From the NCBI GenBank assembly GCA_050575255.1, contig JBNZDD010013656.1, forward strand, positions 1,981,485-2,045,484: a DNA stretch of 64,000 nucleotides, in the 5' to 3' direction. Positions 52,421-64,000 of this stretch are shown here, piece after piece. The notes under the pieces were generated by a model. It was given only the letters and a program-made list of their open reading frames with translations, was not told the DNA's origin and did no database searches. The stretch is from Harriotta raleighana (Eukaryota). The translations under genes were made by a program, and so were the position numbers. The stretch's first letter is position 1. The number at the start of each line of letters is the position of its first letter.

Positions 52421-54038
52421 GGGGGAAAAAAAAAGGGGGCTTTTTTTTGGGGGGTGTGGCGGGGGGGGCTGGGGGGTTCTTTCTTTCTTTCTTTCGAAAG
52501 CAGATGCTTTTCTGACCATCATTTTGTTGCGTTCAGCCTCTTCCCCCCCTTTCCCAGTCTAGATCATTTTGCTATGTACAATCGCGGATTGCGTTACAAA
52601 AATAATTCCAGATTTTCTTGTAAAGTGGGTGTTTTTTTTATATATAAAATCTCTATCGGATTTAATTCGGATTTAGTTATTTGATTTTGTTTTCGAACGC
52701 ATTAACTACTACCAACAGCTGATTATTTCGAGAAAAATGCGAAATTATACCAGATCAAAAATGCCGATTCCCCCCTCCCCCCCTTGTACGGCTTTTTTTT
52801 CCCCCTTATTACGTGTTTTGTTCGCACAATTCAGCAATGTTAACGTTTTTGTGCGTGTTTCTTGAAATTTCGAAAACAGACACTTGAACTATCAAACCAA
52901 TCTTCCCGCTCTTAAAAATCATGTCACGTATATTGGAAAATGCGCTTAAATCGTTCCAATGTACTTTATTACAGTGCAGCCTAAACCAGAACCCCGTTTC
53001 CACTGATAAATCAATTTTTGCTTCGTACCTCGGTTTCCGGGAAACAATTTATTTACACCACACTTTCTGTTCGGTCCGATTAGATGGAGGGTTGCAGTAT
53101 CTTAACTATAAAGACCCATTCTAGAAACGCAGAAGACATTCACCTAACAAAAATGAGAGCTTTGTACCCGATACCGTTTCCAAGTTCAGAACACATTTGC
53201 TGTGATTAATATTAAGAATAAATGCTTCATAAATTTAATAGAGGTTCCCGCTACGTCCTTAGTTACGGATTTAATGAAAATCATCCTATTTAATGGCTTC
53301 CAGTAACCGAATAGTCATTCTTACCACGTATCTTCCCTATTTTTTTTCTTTCTAATTAAGCACATTCACCGATCAATTTCGCAAGGCCTCCCGTGCCAAA
53401 TAAAGTTTTCTGAGAGCTTTACCTTAAAAATAAGCACTTTGAAATCGGGTTACGATTTTGTGAAATTTCAATTTAGAGGCGACACTGTTGGCACGCTAGC
53501 ATTATTTACCCTACGAATATGAAGCCAAATGAAAGCAAATGTAGATATTTTGCTTACCAGAGAGAGCATAGAATGCTGATTGAACACTATCCCCTCTTAT
53601 ATTTATCAAAGGCAATAATAAAATATAATCAGATAAAACAAGGGCGAATGCAGTACTGTATTTAACTGTTTCAAAAGGACATACCTATTGCGTTCATTTA
53701 TTTGAAAACTGTCAAATTATATCCACGAAGAAAAATATCGATTGAAACAATTGGGAGTACTATTTGGAAAGCAAGTCATCACAGAGTAACCACTAGAGAA
53801 GTAGAAACACTCACATTTCACGTTTATAAAACAATTAATCCTATGTTGAATAATTATAGTATCCTATGGAATGCGGAATTATTTAAATACTTCTTCTACC
53901 ACTGATACACAGACACAAAGCTCATGGAGAATAGTAACGGAAACTAATAGGATTTTTTTTCTGCTCTGTTTAGCAGATTGAGCACATAAACCACTATCTA
54001 ACAGAAAGGCCCAGACAAACTTATGTCGAATGTGCACG

Positions 54039-54341
<303 letters not shown>

Positions 54342-54524
54342 TTATTCTCGACAAATTTGGTACATTTTCCAAGTTTGCTGTTTAAAAAAAACAATTATAC
54401 AAACGCTAAACGTAACATTTAACATATTTGCATATGTATGCATTCCATTTAACGTTGAAATTAAGGACAACATTTTAAGCTAAACTTTTTATTATTATTT
54501 TGTACGAAAAATGAAAATACTCAC

Positions 54525-54954
54525 TAGAACTTGAATTCATTCGTTGCATCCAAGGATAAATTGGTGTACTGTACTTCCGGTCGTTTGCTTCCTCACTTAA
54601 AATTTTGTTTTGCGCACAATCTGATTTGTAATGTTGATCTGAGGAAAAGAAGTCATCTTGGGCTCTTTGCTTTCCACTACTGGATGGCGATAGACTGGCT
54701 ATATCCTTCTCAGGATAGAAACAAGAAGCTCCATACTCATACGATGCACGATTGCAAGCTATTACTGAGTTGGATTGTTGATAATAACAAGGTGACGAGT
54801 AACTCTTGTCCTGGAGGGTCGTTGCCCCATAGGAAGCTGGAAAGTGCCTTAGAGCATCATACCCAGCTGTATAGAGTGGGATCTGCCCGAGAAAGGAGTC
54901 CTGACCACTAGGCAGTGAAACAGGAAAAGTAGGGTTCACAAAATACGAACTCAT
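54525..54954 (-). CDS. HOXA6: HoxA6 exon 1
   Basis: [29 protein letters not shown]-terminus, [10 protein letters not shown] hexapeptide; donor TCTA|GTGAGT, phase 1. Confidence 0.96.
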
Positions 54955-57900
54955 TTGCTCCACACTCTGTAGTAATATGATTTGTTATGTATTAGTACAC
55001 AATGTGGTTTAGCTATTAGTAGTCATCGAGGTGGTTTGTTTCAGGATGGCCGAGCGCCAAAGCGACAGCAGCAAATATAACCAGCTGATCAGCCTCTGGC
55101 CAATAGAAACCGACTTTGGTTCAAAAAGCTCCCCAGAGAACCGACGACTGAACCAGCAAAGTTACAAACAACCAAATCAGTTCTGAACTAAAACAGGGGT
55201 GGTTCTAATAAAATATTATGGCATGCATAAGAACGTTATCACCTTGCAAGGTATTCTTGTGTGTTCACTGTGTATATTTCTTATAGAGTTTTGCGTGTGG
55301 GAATCACATGCGTGCACCAACTATGCAACAATAGCTTGATAAACAGTGATTAGACGATAGATGATCCAAAATGGGGGATAATAGGATATAAATCGATAAA
55401 TGATTAATTCAGTGGATGTGCTTATAGGTAAGTGCGAAAGATAGACCAGAACAAGGTAATAACAGTTGTGGGGATTAATTCGTCTTATTAACTTAGCTCT
55501 TGATTGGATCTTTTCGAGACATCAAAATTCCTTTCGTTACCTTTCTTAGACTAGTTCAGAAACACCAGACAACAGTCTCTCCATAATATGTGTTTCTGCC
55601 CTCTTTTAAACGCGCTGGAGAACAATAGCCTCTCCAAGTACTGGGACTGACAAACATCAATTTTTTCTTGATTCCATGAACCGGTTTATGTCAATAAATT
55701 CATAGTGGGAAAACAAACAGAAGAATCGTAGTGGTAAGTGTATTATTAAAGAAGATGATTTATAGATTTAATTTTGATTCTCATAAAATACAGCCTAAGA
55801 GACGAACACAAAGCGATATCTCAGCTTTAAAATAATTTTGCTGTAGTTTTGTGGGGAGCAATTGTTATTGCATCAGCGCTCTTCATTAAACCATGCATAC
55901 ACAAACGTATGCATTTAGCATGCAAATGCTACAGTACTTCTGGAGAAAACTATTTAACCAATGTTCACGGGGTTTGTTGAGACGTCAAAGCGAGCTGCAG
56001 ATCGACACAGGCTCCATTTCATACTTGCTAAGCCTGTACGTTGGCCTCTCCTCCATCACAATGTTGTTTTAATTGCATACGGTTGAAATTCGCTAATACC
56101 CCCCAAATCCCAACTTCGATTTTCCATAATTATACTCCGTTAAGGCTTTATCGACCATAAAATAGTGGAATGTTTCTCTTGGAATAATTAGGCATTTTTT
56201 GAACATCTCGATGGAGGCATTTGTGTTTGAAATAACAGAGCATTTGCTGTGCTCAGTGCGCGGCTTCAGATTGCAGTGAAAGCACGGAAGTCAAGGGCTC
56301 TTTGCTAAGGATCCCATTATCTCATCAGGTTTCCTTTCCTGTCAACATTGGTTACATCACGCATTGACATTGCTAAGACAGCATGCATAATATGTACTGT
56401 ATACCTCTAATGTATATATTGCCCGATTGAAATAGGACAAATATTTAAAGCTCTGTTGCAAGTATTGTTACAGCATCTCAAAACAAACAAGTCTAGCCCA
56501 ATTATGACTAGGAAATGTCATTTAGTACACGCGTTTGTTTCGTGGTTAGTCGACTGCTTTTTTTTTACATGTTGACTGTGAAAAAGATTGCTTGTTTCAG
56601 GTCAAAATACTTTATTGGTCACAAATGGTTAAATGTCAAGAGCGGGTTAATATCGGACCCTGAAGTCTTATACTTGTCTTTCCTTCTTAATTGTAGGCCG
56701 AAACTAATCGCCAAATTGAAGCTGGCCGACATCAAAAGCTGTTTCTGTTCAAGAAGTGAGTATAATGCAGCACAAGTGTGGAGGGAAATGTGCAAGAATA
56801 CGCGAGTTCGAATCCTCTTAAAGAAAGGCCGACTCTTGCCGCTTTCCTCGGTTGCTGTCCTAAAAGCCTCTTGTTGTGTTGTGTAATATATTGTATTGTA
56901 TCTTTTTCTTGCTAATTGTACATATCAGTTTAATAAATTCCAAGTTTTCCCATCAAGGCTTGATCTATTCTGTTTATGATTTGTTTTTTGAATGGTTTTT
57001 AATTTACGTTCATTCGTCAAACCTTTAAATAAAAGTGGGGGGCATGATTTGGGCAATTGCCCCACAATTCTTGCACACTTGTAAACCTTTTCGGAGTAAC
57101 TATAATGCAAATGACAAAATGCACCCGAGGAAAGGAGATATTGAACGATACACAACAAAAGGGCATTGAGAAATGCATGGCTATTGTTTTTCCCAATGAG
57201 GTGAAACAGCTAATAAAATGCGGCGTGATCACGTTTTATTCAAGAAATCGGACAAAAAACAATATAAAATAGGACTGTATTTCCTATATTTTGAGAATAT
57301 GCCAATTTAATAGCCAAACCGAATAAGATTAAATTAAAAATGTGCTTTTAATCACCCTTTGCTTGGAAAATATACATAATATAAGAAATACATTCTATTG
57401 TTTCATTTCTTACCCATTATCTAATTATTGCATTTGGAGTTCAATTTGGTTAGCAAACAAAGCAACTATCGAAATATTTTTCTTCCAAAGTAGCTGAGGA
57501 CGTTTTTAGAAAGTTGGGAGCCTAATGGTTAAAATATCTTCAGGGCGATTTGTTCTTTCAGTTGCCGAAGTTTAATTGGCTTGAGGATAACAGCACCGAT
57601 AAAATTATAAAGTATAGAAAATGTAAGTATCCTGGCAGTGAGAAATTAAAAATGAATATTGCATTAAAAGAATATCGGTGAAGTTTTTTTTTCCAAAAGG
57701 ATAAAGCCTAAATATCGTAAACAAAATATGCAGCTACCAGTACGTTACTGTATATTTTTTGACGAATTGTTACTTGTTCCAGAGTTCATAAAAGATGATG
57801 CAAATTAATCAGTCAGCAATTTAGTTAGAAGTAACTTTTTGTTCCCACTTATTAGGAGTAATTGAGGCCTATGTTCTATTTGTTCCAGTGTTTAACGCAA

Positions 57901-59965
57901 AATTCGCTTTGCCGGTCCAAACGATTATATTTGGGGTAAAAGAAACTCGATATACATTTAATCTACATATTGAATCTTTCTTTTAAAATCCTTTCCTTTA
58001 AATGACTTCTGAAGAATCGCGAAACACCAGCAAGTGACGCAAAATGGAAACTGACCTGGAATTTTATTTTTATGCTGTTGCCCACCTCCCCAGTTAAATA
58101 ATCTTTTGTTTTATTTTAAGAATTGTACAAATCGTGCAATGAAATTATTTTAAGAGAACACGAGCGTCTTTTGGAAACATGTTATCTCATTGAAATATTA
58201 CTAAATATTAATTGTATTTTTAAGAAAGGCTTTAATTTTAAAAAGGCTTTATAAAAAAGGCGATATTTTACCGTCACAAAATGGCCATTGGACGCCTTTT
58301 TAATGGAGACCGCTGTTGTTTGTTATACATTCAACCAAAGTCTTGCCTTCCAACCCTGATTTAAACTAAAATTCATGTTCTCTTTACCTTTGTCGAGCAA
58401 AGGTGTATATAAAGTAGGAAAGAATTATTTTATCTCTTGGAGGGCGTTTGGTTATAATTCAACATAATTCATGGAATTAAATAATCCGCATATTATGTAA
58501 CTACTTTTGTTTAATATCAATCTGCGAACTGACCTCGCAGAGCACACATTTTGAACCATATGAGTAGTCAGAATGTATCGGCGAAGGAGTTGTGTGTGAT
58601 GTATATCAACTATTTGCAAAACGTGAAAGCGGACAGAATAGATAATGTCGAGAGTGTTCCAAGCATCCCAACAGCTAGTTGGTTACTCGTATTTCGCCTA
58701 TAGATTACCCATATTACAAAAATGATCAAGCAAATATATACGTTTCGGTTGGAATGTGTGTTTGGGGATGAGGGGTGTGGGGAGGAGAGAGAATCTAATC
58801 ACAGTTCAAAGTTCAAATCATACATTGCGTGATTTTTACATTTTAAATAATCAATTTCCTACAATTGTATCTTTAAACAAGACACACATACCACTTGCAC
58901 AACGTTCAATACCCTCGCATGCTCTGCAAGCGAAGTACAGTTTACTTCTTTCGACCGCAAAACAGCGATACAAGGTTTAACAACCGTTAATTTGTAAATG
59001 CAACTCAACCACTTAATCAGCAACACATGACTGCTCGATGCTGCAGCAACCTGCGGTTGTCCTCACTCCAAACACAAGGTGGCAGCATAGATTCCGAAAG
59101 GATAAATAATGAACACATACACTCGCTTAAGACTACAGCTCAATACCAGAAGGGCGAATTTTCCCTTTGCATAAGTCAAAATAACAACAGATGTATTTCC
59201 ATATACACAACAAAATATTGCACTCAAAATCAGTTTTCATTCTTGATAAACATCAGCCACAATAAAGTCCCAGATTAAGCGAATAGTGTTAGCGAACCAG
59301 ATAACGCATCCGAAATATCACATAACCTGCAAGGTTGGATGGCAACCGTACAATTTATTCACATGATAGAAATATTCAAAAAGCGACGTTAAAAACTGCA
59401 TTGGATCCTAAACGAAAATGATGGCATTTAAAAACGATATGCAGCAGGAAAAAAATGTATTCGCCGAAAGTCTTGTAGCGCGATTAATCTAAACACCAAT
59501 CTGCACATAATTAGCATGATTTCATGTTTTGCTCTTCAAAAACATAAGAGAATTCCCTGCAAATTAATTGGGTACAATAAGATACATCTCTGAATTCCGC
59601 TGCCAGTTTCTGAAAACATCATCAAGGCTGCGATCTACTTATGTAAAATGTGTTCCTTGGCCAAAATATTCTGAACCAACTCGCCGTTTGGTGATCAAAT
59701 CAAAAGCGAACGTACAACTTCCACAACGCAATTTACACTTTTTTAAAAAAAAAGAAAAGCACATCAAATGAGTAAAACAAATTGTTTAAGGGGAAGTAGT
59801 ATGTTCCTTATGTCTATAAAAACATGCGCATTCAGTAATACACTATGGAAATCTTGAATGTCAATATTAAATGTTCCTCAAGCAAAGCGTACAAGGTGGA
59901 ATATTCCAGTTAAAAGAGCGATGTTGTAGAATTTACAATGCTGAGAATGCCGAATAGGCCCTTAC

Positions 59966-60410
59966 CCAGTAGTTGTATTGCTGAGTCCATAGCTTGGTGT
60001 GGTGGGCGAGTTTGTTTGCAAAGCCCGTAGTGTTTGCAGAAGCCCCTGCCCTGTCATTGTTTGCAAAGCCCATGGCATTTTGACAGCTGTCTGTTGAGCT
60101 CCATCCCAGACCAATGGCTCCTCCATTCTGCCAGCGGAGTTGGGTGACGAGGAGCAGGAAACTGCCCCACAGAACTGAGCCGGGGCTTTTTTAATCCAGT
60201 GTCCCACCTTCCGTGGAGGAATTCGTAGCGACTAACCATGAGGTCTGTGCTCAAGGGGTTGCTGCATTGAAGCTCCATGAGCAATAATCACTGTACCGGA
60301 GAGAGAGAGAGAGAGAGGGGGAGAAAAAACGCAAAAGAAAAAAAAAATCATGCGTTGAAAAAGGCTGCAAAGCTCTTAGATCCGAGCCCAGACGCTCTAA
60401 GCACAAGAAT
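59966..60410 (-). other. Putative first exon from the distal promoter in the A6-A7 intergenic region
   Basis: Lies downstream of a TATA-like TTTATAA (~60434-60440); ends at donor CTGG|GTAAGG; internal acceptor (CT)n..ggtacag| at 60291/0; 5' end is approximate. Confidence 0.55.
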
Positions 60411-60424
60411 GCTGCTCTGTACTC

Positions 60425-60575
60425 GCAAGGGAAATTATAAAAAGTTCATGTTCACGGCTGCAATCCACATGACCGGCAGCGGCCAATGGAGAAACCGAGC
60501 AACTCGTAAAGTTCTATTGCAAAGTTGTAAATTTTCATAAAACAACAACGGATTTATGACATTTCCCCATGACTA
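60425..60575 (-). promoter_or_regulatory. Distal promoter between HoxA6 and HoxA7
   Basis: TATA-like box, CATGTG E-box, CCAAT and clustered TCGTAAA/CATAAA/TTTATG Hox-Cdx sites; corresponds in position to the distal promoter described for long mouse Hoxa5/Hoxa6 transcripts. Confidence 0.7.
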
Positions 60576-62348
60576 TTAGGAGGCAGGTCTTAGACGCCAT
60601 TTTTAACAAAGAAACAAGTTTATATTGTAAAATTATTAAAGAATTTTTCGCAGTTGTGAATATAATAATCCATTTTAAAAACCCTATACCTTATATTAAT
60701 ATGATGTTGGGGTGAAATGTTCTTTTTAAACGATTGCAACCCGTTTCCCCTATTCTAACCGCTGTTTTAATATTTTAATCGGGTTTTCGTAAAATCACGT
60801 ATCTTATATCGATATGTACTTGTTTCCTCTCCTTTTTAATATTCTGCAGATGCAACCTAGCCCAGGTTATTTTTATGTCAGGGAAATGTGCAAGTGGAAA
60901 AGTGCCGCAGTATGTACATGTCCGGGCTAGGCTGAAATTCGTTCAGTTTCGATTTGAGAGCGGCAACTCGGCTCTTTGTAAAAACAATTAATATGATTAA
61001 ACTGCAATACAAGGAATACAACATGGACTTGGCTTCTCTACAATCTAAGACTTTATTGATGTGCAAATAGGAACATGCTTCGATACTAAACCCAGATTAT
61101 TAAATAAGAACCTTTCACTCTTTGATTACCTGAATTTCGAAAGTGTATGTTTCCTTATAATGCTTCAAAAACTGAAAAAAATCATCTGCGTTTTTCTCAG
61201 CTAATTTGACTCTTGATTGGAAGTACAAATGTGAAGACGATTTGAAATTAAATCCAAATTTAATAACCCTCTTTCACTCTGTGATTGCTTACATTTCGAA
61301 AGTGTATTCTCTCCTATTAATATGATTCAAAAGTGTATTGTAGAAAAAAACACCAGCATGTATTACTTACCATTTCTATATATTTAGTATAAATTAGTGG
61401 AGTCACTGTTTCATTCGTATGTGCAGGTAAACATAAAGTTAAAGATAATATTTAATTGGAAAAAAAATTACAACGTGTAGAGATTGAACGACTGTGTGTG
61501 TAGTGGTTTCCTTTTACATGCTGTCATAAGAATCCTATATAATAATTAATTCTTAACTAATTAATTCATATATTTGTAAAGAAATGTATATGCACCGCAT
61601 GCATATTCATGTAGTGTCAACCGTTTTCGACACCCAAGGAAGTACGAAAGCATTGCATTCAAGAATCGTTTAATGTTTTTCATATTTTGTTTTCCTACAG
61701 AGATTTCATTTAAAGCATACATGACTGGAACGAACATTTTTTTTAAATAGATTGCACCTTGAACCTTTTTAATATCAGGTATTATTTAACAACACATATA
61801 CAGATTACAAAGCAAACTTTCGATTGACACAAATACCACATGGAATACTGTATTCAAACAGAGCCACAGCTTATTCAATCAACAGTGAAAATCGGGTTTC
61901 TGTTACATTTGGGGATTCGATTTTTCATTTCTTTATTTTCATTTGTACAGTACATATGTATGAAACAACCAACACGATACAGTTAACACGGATACATCCT
62001 ATAGCAATACTTTTTATTTAATGTTTAAGAAATGTACATGTTTTATAACACAAAAGTATATTTTTATGTTTTACTGCAATTCCCAACCACTAATATGACA
62101 TGTCTGCTTACTTTTTTTTTACAGAAATGTCTTTAATACAGTACTAAAGCAGTCTTTCCACGTCAAATGCAAAACCAAGATCTGGGTAGCTCTGGTTATT
62201 TTGAACTTTTAAAGTGTGCACTTTATTACAAAAACATACATCGAAGAATAATTCACATTTTTATAACTGCCAGATTATATGTATGTTCCACGAACGTGGA
62301 AAAAAAACAGGACCTCTAAACGAATATGAACCAGAAGAGGTGATTGTT

Positions 62349-62420
62349 AAAACATTTAGGTAGTTTTTCATATAGATGTGCAAGTAATCCACTATTGTGG
62401 TTTAGGTAGTTACATTTCAT
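62349..62420 (-). promoter_or_regulatory. Paired miR-196 8mer target sites in the HoxA7 3'UTR (distal copy)
   Basis: ACTACCTA on the mRNA strand at 62357-62364 and 62403-62410. Confidence 0.75.
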
Positions 62421-63241
62421 TGCTCTGCGAATCAACCTCTGCATTTGCTGATTGATCCGCGATTTGCTGAGTAAACGGATACATCGAGAAATCAACCTGT
62501 TAAAATTGTGTCTGGAGTAAACAAAGAGTTTGAGAAGAAAAATAGCATTGCAGCTTTCCCTTCATTGTGGGAGCTGATGTTTTTTGTGGTTTAAACATTT
62601 AATTTCCAGTTGAATTAAAATGAATGATTATCACCATAGCACTGGTACTCGTGTGAATCAAAGTGATCAACAGAATATTTTTGTAAAAATGTATATTTAT
62701 AAAAAAAATTAAAGTAGAGAGAATAATTCTCAGGAACAGTTCAGTGCAAGAGATTATATGGTAGCATGGAGTGTTTAGCATTAGATAGTGACTATAATTG
62801 TTTTCTGTGCTTGCTGCTGTTATTCTTTCTTTTTGTATTAACGCAGATACAGATTCTAAATCCAATCCTAATAATTTTATCCTTTTCATTTTACTGGTTC
62901 CCACACATTTCTGCATGCATTACCATTCATTTCATTGCTGCCAATGCGGATTCTGAATTTCAGTTCAATTTTATTTACTTCTGCCCTAACACCGCAACTC
63001 AATTTAACTCCATTTGTGTTTACCGCTTCGCTCGCAGAGTCCAATTCCCACTCTGAATCGAACTCCCAATTAATTTCACTGATTCGCAGATTCCGAATCC
63101 ATTTCCGACCTATAACACATTTATAGACATCGATTCTGAACCCAATTCCTACTTGTTTTACCCCACGCGTCTGTGCATCCAGTACTATTGAGAGAATAAT
63201 CTTATATTCAACTTGAAACCATGAATACCAAAGAGGTTACG

Positions 63242-63326
63242 AAAACATATAGGTAGTATTATCATACGTGCTAAAGCACAGGATTTCTTCATAGTCCACT
63301 ATTGTGGTTAGGTAGTTTAATGTCAC
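63242..63326 (-). promoter_or_regulatory. Paired miR-196 8mer target sites in the HoxA7 3'UTR (proximal copy)
   Basis: ACTACCTA on the mRNA strand at 63250-63257 and 63309-63316; the latter extends to a 14/15 match with the miR-196a 5' end. Confidence 0.8.
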
Positions 63327-63387
63327 AGTTAGTTGTTGCAGAACAACTTCACATGTTTGAAACATTTCTGGATCCATGGAGGAAGTC

Positions 63388-63759
<372 letters not shown>

Positions 63760-64000
63760 TTATAATTAAAAGCTTTAATGTTTATTGCAAAATGATTCCC
63801 ACGTATAAACAGCCCTGTGTAAGGTTTCAGATGCACGTCAATATTTGGAGATTTCGGCGGTTTCTTGTTCTGAGCCAAAGGTATTGTTTACACATTCTGT
63901 GTCTTCAAAGCTTCAATGGTCGGGATATATGAGTCTGAGAAGGAAATATAAATGATTTATATTCTCATTGTTTTCCGTGTGAGTCTCTGTCGTATTTTGC

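Noticed and set aside
60054-60056. In-frame TGA read as selenocysteine or readthrough
   Set aside because: No SECIS or canonical TGA-CTAG context can be supported from the sequence
59962-60284. Possible Hox pseudogene (e.g. HoxA8 remnant) in the A6-A7 interval
   Set aside because: No homeobox, hexapeptide or SSYF motif, and a PG8 relic would lie beyond HoxA7

Overview
This window is the anterior (3') half of a vertebrate HoxA cluster, with all genes on the minus strand: complete two-exon HoxA1, A2, A3, A4, A5 and A6, plus the homeobox exon of HoxA7 (its exon 1 lies beyond the window). Protein sequences, retention of HoxA6/A7 and the repeat-tail type point to a cartilaginous fish, possibly a holocephalan; this is inferred, not verified. 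All six complete introns are phase 1 GT-AG and were placed by hand. Recognisable regulatory DNA includes DR5 retinoic-acid response elements (3' of A1, 3' and 5' of A4), a DR2 3' of A1, the Hoxa2 r4 intronic and r3/r5/neural-crest enhancers, the Hox4 intron HB1 element, CTCF-like sites and miR-196/miR-10/miR-99 seed sites. The cluster itself is a well-known system, and I see no prokaryotic-type elements. The least-explained signals are: (1) a chain of well-formed non-coding exons running about 40 kb from a TATA promoter between A6 and A7 down to HoxA3, whose first exon ends in a phase-1 micro-ORF that could splice onto a homeobox exon; (2) a HOTAIRM1-like spliced antisense transcript between A1 and A2; (3) a duplicated cassette of paired miR-196 sites in the HoxA7 3'UTR split by a poly(A) signal; (4) a possible decayed miR-10 hairpin upstream of HoxA4; (5) a CpG-depleted HoxA3 intron that carries two of the window's three retroposon tails. 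Comparisons to mammalian elements are from memory and need alignment to confirm.
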